This document shows, one piece after another, positions 46,001 to 55,150 of a stretch of 60,193 nucleotides of DNA. Below the pieces are notes generated by a model. That model searched no databases. It was not told the origin of the DNA and saw only the letters and a program-made list of their open reading frames with translations. The stretch is from the IMG/VR virus record IMGVR_UViG_3300038557_000055, positions 1-60,193 of that record. One strand, given 5' to 3'. Position 1 is the stretch's first letter. Each line of letters begins with the position of its first letter. The position numbers and the translations under genes are program-made. The stretch is from a virus. Taxonomy: Duplodnaviria; Caudoviricetes.

Positions 46001-46546
46001 GTGTTGGACAAGGTCATCGACAAGATCGAGGACCAGCTCGTCAACTCGATCGTCCAGCTCAGCATGGGTGGCGGTGCTTCAGGCGGAGGCGGTGGAGGCC
46101 TTCTCGGCGGGCTGTTTGGCTGGCTCTTCGGCGGCGGCGGTGGTGGTGGGGGTAGTGTCGGCCTGTTCGACGGCGGCGGCGCTATGACCTCGGCCGGTAT
46201 GGTCTCGTTCGGACCGAAGACGCGGAAACTTTCGTTTGGCGTCCAGGCTGACAGCGGTCTTGGACCGAAGAACTTCCTCTCCGTTCTGGAGGAGGGGGAA
46301 TCGGTCCTGACCGGCGACCAGATGGGCCGCACCATGGATGTGCTCGACGCGGCAGCCAAAATGCCGATGAAGCAGAGTGCTGGTCAGACCGCAATCAAGC
46401 TCATCATGCCGGAAGGGTGGCAGGCGAAGATCGTTGGCCAAGCCCGTGAAGGTGCTCGGAAAGACACGCTTCAGATCGTCGGCAGCTACGACGACAGTCT
46501 TCCGCGTCGTGTCCACGAAATCAACAGCGACCCGCGGGCTCGATAA
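43025..46546 (+). CDS. Tape measure protein with internal lysozyme-like domain
   Basis: QLSQGLASNRLQGDELRSVLEN tape-measure domain; EG....YN, SSAVGRYQI, QDR, WPSL. Confidence 0.95.
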   Translation: MANTAARVGSINVLLQTELGPGVAGLNKFASAVETTGARTARSVSGMDRSLLTLNSTLSRLDNRAFTRLSLSALNASKGVERLKGALLAASALGGGIGGAFALKGAIEYSDTYKTVGNRLRVVVGEAGNLRDTEKEIFDVAQRSRASYEATGILFSRMANASKRLGISQSDVLRTTETIQKAMLIGGATPVEAAQSSIQLSQGLASNRLQGDELRSVLENPALGQLLADNITNGDIGKLREIASAGQLTAGVVIKAFKNASGEIDKLFAGTQETIGQAFVLIDNALMRYIGTSNAANASSRATVSLLNAIAENFEGIADKLILIGTLVAAAYGGRSLQTLKAWGAGVRLARLEAVQAAMAEVQLANAERNRTAQQLAATRAAVEMAKTGNLSASTKNRVRTGLQPAVAADFAASQRQSAAMAQYSAALRSASVSGMAFAAAGRAASSAWAFVGGPWGAGLIALGAIMYVASSRAQEAEDRTDRYAEAIKKAGDYSQRAAGGVREVAKALEDQAEKATKAQRAVAAQQTSIDIEKNLADFVEVYNRAGRGIFNLGTAFSDGYVELGKLVDKFIAGKISAEEFAKAADELVAANPNLSPLIAELQRAGDQADASRGKFDALTKSIEGVGAAAKGDRLRGFGRVENENLSPDLYRRMYPEALGSFSENITEAIKKGFSDLVGLTEGTDKGRGYNETLGFGAYTGGPVDLVNKTLNEVLAIQRQMLADPNNKFNSSAVGRYQIVGSTLKGLMKSLGLSGTEFFDKDMQDRLFNELVRQSKGDPKKLRGIWPSLDARGVSDAQIAAALDKTITEIPPLDPEVQKRIDALKNLKLDAAVAQLDEFQQKMVATAQAAGATDEELKQIVDALASGDLDKIPDRFKAFQEALQSGFDANFVRQLEALKTDNIISTMSELDQETIQTARSFGIAETEIRAFVQAAQSGDAIPPKIAAIRAEMEKLQAINLEKDIWKGVFSDLRSALDDGKISLEEWGNIAMNVLDKVIDKIEDQLVNSIVQLSMGGGASGGGGGGLLGGLFGWLFGGGGGGGGSVGLFDGGGAMTSAGMVSFGPKTRKLSFGVQADSGLGPKNFLSVLEEGESVLTGDQMGRTMDVLDAAAKMPMKQSAGQTAIKLIMPEGWQAKIVGQAREGARKDTLQIVGSYDDSLPRRVHEINSDPRAR

Positions 46547-47196
46547 TGGCCATTACTTATCCGTTGTCGCTCGCGGCCTTCGCCGACACTCTCGGTGTCC
46601 GCCGCACGAAATGGCAGCTTCAGGACAATCGCGAGCTGTCCGGAATGGGGTCGGGGCAGGTGCTTCAGGCGAAGCTGGCCCCGTCTCTGTGGGTTGGCGA
46701 TGTCACACTTCGGGAGTGGTATCACGATGATGCCGCGTCGATCGAGGCTAAGCTCGCGGTCCTGATCGAGCAGATGGGATCGTTCTACCTCTACGATCCA
46801 AGAAAGTGGGCGCCGCGAGACGATCCGACGGGAGCGATCCTGGGTGCGGCAACGGTTCAGATCGCATCGCTGCCTACTCCAGCGACCATGAGCCTGAAAG
46901 GCCTGCCCGCTGGTTACAAACTCGCGGCCGGCACTGACCTGGCATTCGACTACGGCAGCAGCCCGACTCGTCGGGCGTTCCATCGCATCGCCGAAGACGT
47001 CACGGCAACGGGCGGCGGGTCGACCACGGCGTTCAACGTCACTCCGTTCGTTCGCCCCGGTGCAGCAGTCAATGCCAGTGTCACTCTGATCAAGCCGGCA
47101 ATGAAGTGCATCATCAAGCCTGGTTCGGTCGATGTGAGTTCCACCGAGAACATCCTGACCACCCAGATCAGCTTTTCCGTGCTCCAGAAAATCTAG
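46546..47196 (+). CDS. Distal tail protein (putative)
   Basis: Directly follows TMP; FYLYDPR..P..DP.G. Confidence 0.75.
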   Translation: MAITYPLSLAAFADTLGVRRTKWQLQDNRELSGMGSGQVLQAKLAPSLWVGDVTLREWYHDDAASIEAKLAVLIEQMGSFYLYDPRKWAPRDDPTGAILGAATVQIASLPTPATMSLKGLPAGYKLAAGTDLAFDYGSSPTRRAFHRIAEDVTATGGGSTTAFNVTPFVRPGAAVNASVTLIKPAMKCIIKPGSVDVSSTENILTTQISFSVLQKI

Positions 47197-47205
47197 GGGT
47201 TTGCC

Positions 47206-47433
47206 ATGTCCGACCTCCACCTCTTGGGGAGTGCTTTGGCCCTGATGAGTGCCATCAACCTCGCGTGTGTCTGGATGGTTATACGCGTCCTTCGGCGACA
47301 CCGCGTCCAGATCACCACGCTGCAAGCGGCGACTGCGACGCTCGATGCCCAAGCCGCTGTCGCAGAGACATCCCTACACGCTCATATCCTCTCAGTGATG
47401 AGCAACCCGCGAAGTCGAAACACACGGAGATAA
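47206..47433 (+). CDS. Small membrane protein inserted in tail operon
   Basis: N-terminal hydrophobic helix. Confidence 0.5.
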   Translation: MSDLHLLGSALALMSAINLACVWMVIRVLRRHRVQITTLQAATATLDAQAAVAETSLHAHILSVMSNPRSRNTRR

Positions 47434-47437
47434 TCTC

Positions 47438-47764
47438 ATGAACCGCCGTTCCTTCCTCGCCATGCTTGGCGTGGCTCCTGTCGTGTTACCCGCACTTCCC
47501 GAGACGAAGCAGGTTCCACTCGAAGGGGAGATCATTCCACCCGGCAAGTTTAGCCCTCGTGAAACCGTCCAAGCTGGCGTTCTTCGCGCGCGTGACGGTG
47601 GGACTGTCATCGACTTTGCCGAGGGAAGCATCCGCTTCACCGATCAATATCCGGTCGACTTGGAGCATCTGGCTCGTGATGTCCGCGAGTTCAATGAGTG
47701 GGTGTTCGAACAGACGAAGCCAGGTTCGCCCTATTATGAAGCGCTTGAGGCGCTGGACACCTGA
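47438..47764 (+). CDS. Small protein with twin-arginine-like N-terminus
   Basis: MNRRSFLAMLGVAP; GGAGA RBS. Confidence 0.65.
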   Translation: MNRRSFLAMLGVAPVVLPALPETKQVPLEGEIIPPGKFSPRETVQAGVLRARDGGTVIDFAEGSIRFTDQYPVDLEHLARDVREFNEWVFEQTKPGSPYYEALEALDT

Positions 47765-47767
47765 GCC

Positions 47768-48403
47768 ATGCGCACCGGCGTTGACGTCGATACCTATGAC
47801 ACGCTCCGGAATGCGCCGGAGAACGGGTTCGAGGAGCGTAACCTTCTAACCGTCTACGCCCGCAACCTGAGCGGCATCGGCGGCCAGATGTTCTGTTTCT
47901 GGAACGACCTCGACGTTGTCGACATCTACGTGATCGGCGGCCAGACCGGGACGACTGAATTGCGGTCGTTCGTCGGGGATGGTGCGATCCTCAGCATGGG
48001 TCGCATCCCACTCACATCGGACCTGACAGTCCGCAACGTGAAGGTGTCCCTGTCTCAGATCCACGCCACTGTACTGAACATGGCACGAGGCTTCGACATC
48101 CGCGGTTCCCGTTGTGAAATCCATCGCGCCTTGTTCAATCCTAAGACAGGTCAGGTGGTCGCCCAGGCGCTTCCTCACTTCGTCGGCAAGGTCAACAAGG
48201 CCCCAACCGACACCCCTCCGACCGGGGGTGAGGGTAGCATCGACATAGAGATCGCCAGCACTACGCGCGAACTCACCCGCACCAACCCGGCCAAGAAGTC
48301 GGACGAGACCCAGAAACGGCGCCAGAACGACAGGGGGCGGCGTTACACCGGTGTGGCCAATGTCGACGTCTGGTGGGCGAAAGAGAAGGGCAAGGCCGGA
48401 TGA
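47768..48403 (+). CDS. Tail hub/tip protein (putative)
   Basis: Position; C-terminal KSDETQKRR..D.G..Y. Confidence 0.75.
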   Translation: MRTGVDVDTYDTLRNAPENGFEERNLLTVYARNLSGIGGQMFCFWNDLDVVDIYVIGGQTGTTELRSFVGDGAILSMGRIPLTSDLTVRNVKVSLSQIHATVLNMARGFDIRGSRCEIHRALFNPKTGQVVAQALPHFVGKVNKAPTDTPPTGGEGSIDIEIASTTRELTRTNPAKKSDETQKRRQNDRGRRYTGVANVDVWWAKEKGKAG

Positions 48404-48846
48404 CGATTGCTCTAACCCGCCGCCCGGATTGGGCTGTTCGACTTCACGACTTCGTCGACGCCGTGAAGCGCAATGCGTTTGATTGGGCGTCACAGAACTG
48501 TGCCGAGCATTTCGCGGCCGGCGCCGTGCTGGCCATGACGGATATCGATATCGCGGCGGAATATCGCGGCTCCTACAAAACGGCGAGAGGTGCGGCGCAG
48601 ATGATGAAGCGGAAGGGATTCGACAATCTTGCCGACATGCTCGGAGCGCACCTTCCTGAAATCACTGGCGTTGATGGCGAGCCGTTCGTTGGCGGCGCCA
48701 CGCTGGGCGATATAGCGGCGATTCCGAAAGACGACGCCTTCGGTTTCACGCTCGGCATCGTCAATGGCGAGATGATCCTCGTGCTCGGCGAAACCGGTAT
48801 GGGCACGGTCCCGTTGTTCAACGCCGCTCGGGCTTTCCGGGTCTAA
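48400..48846 (+). CDS. NlpC/P60-like tail assembly protein (DUF6950-like)
   Basis: R.PDW..RL, FDW...NC..F, Y.T..GA, GDIA. Confidence 0.78.
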   Translation: MTIALTRRPDWAVRLHDFVDAVKRNAFDWASQNCAEHFAAGAVLAMTDIDIAAEYRGSYKTARGAAQMMKRKGFDNLADMLGAHLPEITGVDGEPFVGGATLGDIAAIPKDDAFGFTLGIVNGEMILVLGETGMGTVPLFNAARAFRV

Positions 48847-48866
48847 AGCAAGCCACCAGGTCTGAC

Positions 48867-51551
48867 ATGAAGCTCCTGCGCTTAGCGGCGTGGACCGTAT
48901 GGTTCATGCTGTCATGGGTGACGCTTGCCCATGCCGGGCCGTTGCTGGGAATTTTCGGTGCGATCGGGTCGCTTTTCGGTGGCGGCCTGATCGGCCAGCT
49001 CGTGCAGTGGGGCCTTGGCGTTGCGCTGCGCGTCGGTATTGGGCTGCTCACGAGGTCAAAGAAGACCAACCAGCAAGCTGGCATTTCGGGTCAGGTGCAG
49101 GTCGGCGGCGACAATCCGCTTTCCTTCATCATGGGCCACTTCGGCACCGCGGGGCAGCTCGAATACATCAACACGTGGGGCAACGTCGACAAGACGCCGA
49201 ACGCCTACCTGGTGAGCGTCATTTCGATCAGCGACCTCCCTATGGCTCTGAGCGGGCTGTGGGTCGATGACAAGAAGGTCACGTTGCCCGACATGTCCGG
49301 AACGATGCCGGACGAGAAGGGCTGGCCAATTCCCGAGTTTGTGGTGGATGGCAACCCGTATCTCTGGGTGAGGTTCCTCGACGGCTCGCAAACCACGGCT
49401 GACAGCTATCTCCTGTCGAAGTTCGGCAGCGATCCTGATCGTCCTTGGCAGTCCGACATGATTTTCCGCGGCGTGCCCGTGCTCATCATGACGGCACGCG
49501 CCAAGGAAGATCTGTTCAATAGCTACCCGAAATACATCGCCGAGAGCCCCGGCATTCGGCTTTACGACCTTCGCAAGGACAGCAGCGTTGGAGGTTCCGG
49601 CTCTCATCGCTGGTGGGACCAGTCGACTTGGGAGCCGTCTGACAACAACGCCGTCCAGGCCTACAACGTGCTTCGCGGCATCTATCTGGGCACGGATTGG
49701 GTCTGGGGTGGCCGATGCGAAGGCTGGCAATTGCCAGCCGCCAACTGGATGGCGGCTGCGAACGCCTGCGATCTGGGCATCCCGCTTTCTGCCGGTGGCA
49801 CCGAGGCGCAGTTTCGCGCCGGTTCCGAGATCAAGGTCGATCAGGAGCCGGCGGACGTCATTGACGACCTGATGAAGGGCTGCCACGGGCGCATCGCTGA
49901 GATCGGAGGCATCTACAAGGTATCGGTCGGGGCACCGGGCGCTGCGATCTACTCCTTCACCGATGAGATGATCATCGTCTCGGAGAGCCAGAGCTTCGAT
50001 CCGTTCCCTGGACTCGAGAACACCTACAACGCCGCGCAGGCCAGCTATCCGGAGCCGGGTGAAAAGTGGGCGGCGAAGGACGCTCCGGCCTACATGCGCC
50101 AAGACCTCGAGGTGTTGGATGACGATCGACGGCTTGTGTCGGGCATCCAGTATCCCTACACGCCTTATGCTCTGCAGGTTCAGCGCCTCCTCAAGGCTGC
50201 GGTTGAGGACAGCAGGCGGTTTCGGGTCCACCAGATCGTTCTGCCGCCCGAGGCATGGCTCTTGGAGCCCAACGACATCGTGGCGTGGACGTCGGGCAGG
50301 TTCAGCTACACCGACAAGAAGTTCATCGTTGTTGAAGTCGAGGGCGATTCCAATTTCCTCCAGTATGTCACGCTGAAGGAAGTCGATCCGGCCGACTTCG
50401 TCTGGAACCCTCTGACCGACGAGAAGCCGTACAGCATCGGCAACCTCGGGCCGATCGTTCCTCCGATCCAAGCCTTCGTTGGCTGGCAGGTCGCGCCATA
50501 TGTGACGACCAAAAACGGCAAGCAGATGCCGGGCATCCTTGTCCGGTATCCCGGCGACCTCGACGACGTCCAGATGGTCCGCATTCAGGTGCGGTTTGCA
50601 GGTTCGGCCTTCATCGAGGTCGACGGCGTTTATCCGTACGGCGATCCGGCGAAGAACGACAATCCGGTTCAACGGGTGCTGGAGAACATCTTCCTGCCCG
50701 ACGAGGACTACGAGGTGAGGGGCCTTTTCATCCCGTTCTCATCTCGTCGAACGGACTGGTCCACCTGGCTCGCGGTCAAGACGCCCAAGGTCTGGATGCG
50801 CGACCTTTACCCGGTCGACATCGAAAGACTGGCGGCCGACGTCCGCGCTTACCAACAGTGGGTGTCTGGTAGCCTTCGCGATGCGCTTGAGGAGCTGCGC
50901 GCCGTATCTGCGCTGGTCGCTGACCAGTCGATGACGAACTACACCGACAAGCAGACCCTACGGCAGGAAGCTGCTTCGACGACCCAGAACAACCGGGCCT
51001 ATGTTCGGAAGTCGATCATCACAGCTACCGGACCGAACTCCGCACTGGCGCTCAGCGTCGAGGAGCTTCGAGCCGAGGTGTTCGATCCTGTCACGGGTCT
51101 ACCGGCTGTCGCGCAGGCCGTGACGTCGCTGTCCACCAGGGTTGACACGGTCGACGGCGTTCTCTCGGCGCATGCCACCGCCATCAGTGCCCTCGAGACA
51201 GAAGTTGATGGCGTCATCTCCAGCGTCAATGTCAGGGGCGAGGCGCAATCTAGCCCCGGCGGGGGCTGGGCTCGCTGGGGTGTGCAGGTCAAGACCGGAT
51301 CAGGGGATACCTGGTCAACGTCCAGCTTCTTCCTCGATGCCAAGCCTGGGCAGTCTCGCACCGTATTTGTCGCGGATCAGACGATCTTCATGTCTGGATC
51401 GGGACAGACTGCCAACGTGTTCCTGTTCGATGCCAACGGCGCCTACCTGAATGTGGCCAACATCGGCACGGTCAACGCGGGTGTGCTGCAGTCGACGGAC
51501 GGGAAGTTCAAGATCGACCTCAACAACAAGTATTGGGTGATCAGCGAATGA
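48867..51551 (+). CDS. Central tail tip / host specificity protein (J-like)
   Basis: LYDLRKDSSVGGSG.HR, LEP.D.V, coiled C-terminal region, F.ADQ. Confidence 0.88.
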   Translation: MKLLRLAAWTVWFMLSWVTLAHAGPLLGIFGAIGSLFGGGLIGQLVQWGLGVALRVGIGLLTRSKKTNQQAGISGQVQVGGDNPLSFIMGHFGTAGQLEYINTWGNVDKTPNAYLVSVISISDLPMALSGLWVDDKKVTLPDMSGTMPDEKGWPIPEFVVDGNPYLWVRFLDGSQTTADSYLLSKFGSDPDRPWQSDMIFRGVPVLIMTARAKEDLFNSYPKYIAESPGIRLYDLRKDSSVGGSGSHRWWDQSTWEPSDNNAVQAYNVLRGIYLGTDWVWGGRCEGWQLPAANWMAAANACDLGIPLSAGGTEAQFRAGSEIKVDQEPADVIDDLMKGCHGRIAEIGGIYKVSVGAPGAAIYSFTDEMIIVSESQSFDPFPGLENTYNAAQASYPEPGEKWAAKDAPAYMRQDLEVLDDDRRLVSGIQYPYTPYALQVQRLLKAAVEDSRRFRVHQIVLPPEAWLLEPNDIVAWTSGRFSYTDKKFIVVEVEGDSNFLQYVTLKEVDPADFVWNPLTDEKPYSIGNLGPIVPPIQAFVGWQVAPYVTTKNGKQMPGILVRYPGDLDDVQMVRIQVRFAGSAFIEVDGVYPYGDPAKNDNPVQRVLENIFLPDEDYEVRGLFIPFSSRRTDWSTWLAVKTPKVWMRDLYPVDIERLAADVRAYQQWVSGSLRDALEELRAVSALVADQSMTNYTDKQTLRQEAASTTQNNRAYVRKSIITATGPNSALALSVEELRAEVFDPVTGLPAVAQAVTSLSTRVDTVDGVLSAHATAISALETEVDGVISSVNVRGEAQSSPGGGWARWGVQVKTGSGDTWSTSSFFLDAKPGQSRTVFVADQTIFMSGSGQTANVFLFDANGAYLNVANIGTVNAGVLQSTDGKFKIDLNNKYWVISE

Positions 51552-52051
51552 TCCCGCGGATAATGGGAGATGCCGACAACATCGTCATATCTCGCCCCGG
51601 CAAGGACGCCACGAACCCGGCGCTGGCCGATGCGGACAAGATCTTCGACAGCGATTGGGCTTTCGGTGGCGCGATCATCGCCATGGGCACTCAAGTCTTG
51701 CCAACGAACGAAGGTGTTGGTGGGACGCATTCCTTCAGCTTCCCAGATGCGGGCTTCGCGCCTTCGGCTATCGTGTTCGGGGTGCGGCTGCCGTCGATGT
51801 ACTATGGCCTCGGCGGAGCGAACGTCCCTCCCACGCTGGTGATTTCTGGCGAGCCTTTCAAGGCGCAGTTCCGGAGCAAGGCTTCGCCATCCGATCGATA
51901 TCGGTACTTCCCTCGGGTGACGAACAACCGAGTCATTTTGAACGATTGGCTCCCACGGGCGTCCTACGATTGGGAGACTACGCCCTGTCGATACTCAACG
52001 GGCTCGTCGACCTATTACTACACGGTCGGATACGTCATTTTCGCATTCTGA
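51548..52051 (+). CDS. Tail tip accessory protein 1
   Basis: ISRPGKDA...IFDSDW. Confidence 0.7.
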   Translation: MIPRIMGDADNIVISRPGKDATNPALADADKIFDSDWAFGGAIIAMGTQVLPTNEGVGGTHSFSFPDAGFAPSAIVFGVRLPSMYYGLGGANVPPTLVISGEPFKAQFRSKASPSDRYRYFPRVTNNRVILNDWLPRASYDWETTPCRYSTGSSTYYYTVGYVIFAF

Positions 52052-52060
52052 GGCCCGTCA

Positions 52061-52513
52061 ATGTCGAGAGTTCATCAAGGTCTCAAAAACGGCCGCATGG
52101 GCATCTGGGTATCGGCCCCAGGCCACGATGCCTCCCTGGAGAACGCGAAATTCCTGTTGAATTCGGATTGGCAGTTCATGCGCATCCATCAGCAGGGTTC
52201 TGGAACCGTATCGGCCACATCCACATCCGATCCGCTCGGTCGGTTCCTCTACAACGATTTCACGATCAATTTTCCCGATCTCGGCTATGAGCCGATGGCG
52301 ATCATCTCAAACTCGCCGCCGGCAACCCCTGGCTTCATGTCGCCGTGGTATTTCTCGGACTGCTTCATCCGTTCGAATGAAGATGTGGACCAGAGCGAGT
52401 CCAAGGATAACAATTTCTTCATCTACAACGATCGCCTCGTCGTCTCTCCGGGCTACGTCTACGGGAACACGATGAATTACTCCTATGTCGTCTTCAAAAA
52501 CCGGCTCCTCTGA
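52061..52513 (+). CDS. Tail tip accessory protein 2
   Basis: VSAPGHDA...LLNSDW; FPDLGYEP. Confidence 0.7.
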   Translation: MSRVHQGLKNGRMGIWVSAPGHDASLENAKFLLNSDWQFMRIHQQGSGTVSATSTSDPLGRFLYNDFTINFPDLGYEPMAIISNSPPATPGFMSPWYFSDCFIRSNEDVDQSESKDNNFFIYNDRLVVSPGYVYGNTMNYSYVVFKNRLL

Positions 52514-52869
52514 TGGTCGATCGCGTCTATGCCGGGCTTCTCAGCGGTGCATTCGTCCTTCGTGTTTCTCGCCCGGGCAAAGACATCCGATCGACGGATG
52601 AAAACGACTTCCTGTTCAGGGATGACAGTATTTCGATGCGGCCGAGTCCGTACTCGGGATATATCGACGCGGCCCCAGGCACTTACGACATTGGCATCGG
52701 GGGGTTCAGCGCCAATCCGTTGATCTTGCTGAGCTGCAGCGACGGGACGCTGGCCCAGACCTTCAACTACTACGGCAAGGTAGTGGGAGCGTCGTTCTCG
52801 ACGCTGCGCATCTTCAACAAGGGCGGCACGCGGCGCATCTTCTACAACATCTACGGCAACACCTACTGA
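52513..52869 (+). CDS. Tail tip accessory protein 3
   Basis: VSRPGKDI...FLFRDD. Confidence 0.7.
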   Translation: MVDRVYAGLLSGAFVLRVSRPGKDIRSTDENDFLFRDDSISMRPSPYSGYIDAAPGTYDIGIGGFSANPLILLSCSDGTLAQTFNYYGKVVGASFSTLRIFNKGGTRRIFYNIYGNTY

Positions 52870-52884
52870 TCCAAGGACATTGCG

Positions 52885-53097
52885 ATGACCGAACCAACCA
52901 CGCCACCAGCGGGGCAGGACGCTGCTGGGCATCAAATCGTGCAGATCGACCCGATCGCCGAGTTGGGCGAGCTGCAGTGGCTGCTGTCCTGCTACCGCAA
53001 CCGCAATCTAATCCTGGCCAACGAGCGCCACCTCCTGAACGCGACGGTCAATCAGCAGAAGTCCCTGATCGAGCACCTGAAGGGCGGGAAAGGCTGA
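52885..53097 (+). CDS. Small coiled-coil protein
   Basis: AAGGA RBS. Confidence 0.6.
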   Translation: MTEPTTPPAGQDAAGHQIVQIDPIAELGELQWLLSCYRNRNLILANERHLLNATVNQQKSLIEHLKGGKG

Positions 53098-53102
53098 ATA
53101 AC

Positions 53103-54248
53103 ATGGCCATTCGCGACGACTACACCGACGGCACGATCACGCTGACCGCGGGCTCGGTGGACTTCACCACCGTAGGCTCGGCGCTGGTGTCGGCCGACAT
53201 TCGGAAAGGCGATCAGATCCTCCTCCCGGCGAAGGGCGCTTTCGTTCTGGTCGAAGAGATCACGGGCGAAAACTCTGGGAAGCTCTCGGACCCGTGTCCT
53301 GCGATTGCCGCTGGTGCGGGTCAAAATCTACGCATCCGCTTCCTGGCTGATGGCCAACGTTACTCGGCTGCAGCTCAGACCCTTATGCTCCGTCTAGCGA
53401 GCGGCAATCTTGACGCCCTGGCCGAGTTGATCGGTGATTTCGAAAAGCTGCCCATCTTCACCGGCCCCGGCGCAATGGAGCTGATCGACAAAGCTGATCT
53501 GGTCACGGGTGTCGCCTTTGATGTCCAGGTGCCAACTCTCGCCGCTCGCGCCGCCTATGACGCCAGCGCCAAGAACTTCAAGGTGTTGGTGTCGGACATC
53601 GGCGACGGGCGAGCCGCGCTTTATGTGAAGAAGAGCAGTGCTCTTGCTGACTGGTCAGTGGCGTCGCCTATCACCGGGCCAGTGGGGCCTCCTGTCAGTG
53701 TGCTGGTTGATCCGACAACGACCCTTCCTCCAGGTACGCCAGCGGCGGTCGTCAATACAGGCACTCCGACCGCGCCCAAGCTCGCCTTTGGCGTTCCACA
53801 GGGTGTCCAGGGCTACAAAGGTTGGTCAATGAAACCAGCCATCATTGTCGACGGGGCAACACGAGAAGTTATTCAGATAGTCGACTGGATCGGCGGGGAA
53901 GGAACCAAACCACCTGTTGGCCAATATGTTGGCGCGACCGGTCTAGTGACGAGCATAGCCGATGCGATCAACATCAAGGGCGAAACCGGCTCCCAAGGCG
54001 CCTCTGGCACGCCATACCAGGGCACCTGGGCGATAGGGATCTCATACCTCAAGAACGACGTCGTCAAAGACAATGACGCAGTGGGTGAACCCGCGTTGTG
54101 GATCGCACTACGCGACAACATCGCTAAAAAGCCGAAGGACAACGCCCTCGACTGGGACCCTTTCCCGGCTTCGTTTGCTTCAGTCGCCGACTACGGCAGC
54201 ATAACTGATCCAGCCTTCGAAATTCGCGACTATGGGAGCATCGCATGA
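53103..54248 (+). CDS. Tail fibre protein
   Basis: Y.DGTITL N-terminus, collagen-like GXX stretches, YQGTW...Y..NDVV, two DYGSI motifs at C-terminus. Confidence 0.8.
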   Translation: MAIRDDYTDGTITLTAGSVDFTTVGSALVSADIRKGDQILLPAKGAFVLVEEITGENSGKLSDPCPAIAAGAGQNLRIRFLADGQRYSAAAQTLMLRLASGNLDALAELIGDFEKLPIFTGPGAMELIDKADLVTGVAFDVQVPTLAARAAYDASAKNFKVLVSDIGDGRAALYVKKSSALADWSVASPITGPVGPPVSVLVDPTTTLPPGTPAAVVNTGTPTAPKLAFGVPQGVQGYKGWSMKPAIIVDGATREVIQIVDWIGGEGTKPPVGQYVGATGLVTSIADAINIKGETGSQGASGTPYQGTWAIGISYLKNDVVKDNDAVGEPALWIALRDNIAKKPKDNALDWDPFPASFASVADYGSITDPAFEIRDYGSIA

Positions 54249-55150
54249 GCACTCAAGTTCAACTGCGCAGGGGCAGCACTGTGCAGCACGCCACATTTAC
54301 AGGTGCTGCCGGCGAGGTGTCGGTCGATACGGACAAAAAGGTTGCGGTCGTTCACGACGGCGCAACAGCTGGCGGTTTCCCACTCGCTCGTCAAAGCACG
54401 GTGGACGGGATCGTTTTTCCTCATCTGCAAGGTCTAACGCTCTCCAACAACGCCACTGACGCCACAAATGACATCGACATAAGCATTGGCCAGGCTTCTG
54501 CTATTGACCTTTCGGCGGTGATAAAACTCGGAACGGCTCTTACTAAGCGCCTGGATGCAACTTGGGCGGTAGGTAACAACAACGGCGGCCTGGACACCGG
54601 CGCAAAAGCCAACAGCACGACCTATCATGTATGGCTAATTCGACGCCCTGACACAGGTGTGGTTGATGCCTTGTTTTCGACAAGCGCGACCAATCCAACG
54701 ATGCCTGCGAACTATACGCAAAAGCGCAGAATCGGCGCGGTGATGACCGATGGCAGTGGTGGCATTCGAGCATTTCGCCAGAACGGCGGTTGGTTTCACT
54801 GGATCGCGCCTGCAACAGATTTTGGCGGGCAAGCAATGACGGCTGGGACAGCCGCGAACTTTGCGCTTCCCGTTCCTGCGGGGATCAAGGTTTTGGCTGA
54901 TATCGCAATGGTGCTCATCGGGGCATCCGCGCAGCCTTCGTTGGGCTTTTATGGAATTTCCGATCCAGACCGCGGCGCCGCTGTAGTCACGAACGTTCAT
55001 GCGATGGTAGGCGCGTCGCCAGATCAGCGTGCATGCCGTGTCAATTGTTGGACCAATACAGCCCGTCAAGTATCTATCTATTCATCACAAACAAACACCT
55101 TCAACCTGTACACCCAGGGATGGTACGACGGTCGTGATACCTATGTCTGA
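54245..55150 (+). CDS. Fibre/receptor-binding protein with Mtd-N-like N-terminus
   Basis: MSTQVQLRRGS...FTGAAGEV.VDTDK..V.HDG.TAGG. Confidence 0.8.
   Translation: MSTQVQLRRGSTVQHATFTGAAGEVSVDTDKKVAVVHDGATAGGFPLARQSTVDGIVFPHLQGLTLSNNATDATNDIDISIGQASAIDLSAVIKLGTALTKRLDATWAVGNNNGGLDTGAKANSTTYHVWLIRRPDTGVVDALFSTSATNPTMPANYTQKRRIGAVMTDGSGGIRAFRQNGGWFHWIAPATDFGGQAMTAGTAANFALPVPAGIKVLADIAMVLIGASAQPSLGFYGISDPDRGAAVVTNVHAMVGASPDQRACRVNCWTNTARQVSIYSSQTNTFNLYTQGWYDGRDTYV

Noticed and set aside
46065-46185. GGC/GGT tandem repeat
   Set aside because: Poly-Gly codons typical of tape measure C-termini
9522-50672. Long antisense ORFs (e.g. 9522-11165, 35422-36834, 36831-38273, 49056-50672)
   Set aside because: Shadow frames opposite well-supported genes, expected in high-GC DNA with strong codon bias
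54245-55150. Diversity-generating retroelement suggested by the Mtd-N-like domain
   Set aside because: No reverse transcriptase ORF and no adenine-variant TR/VR repeat pair seen in the window
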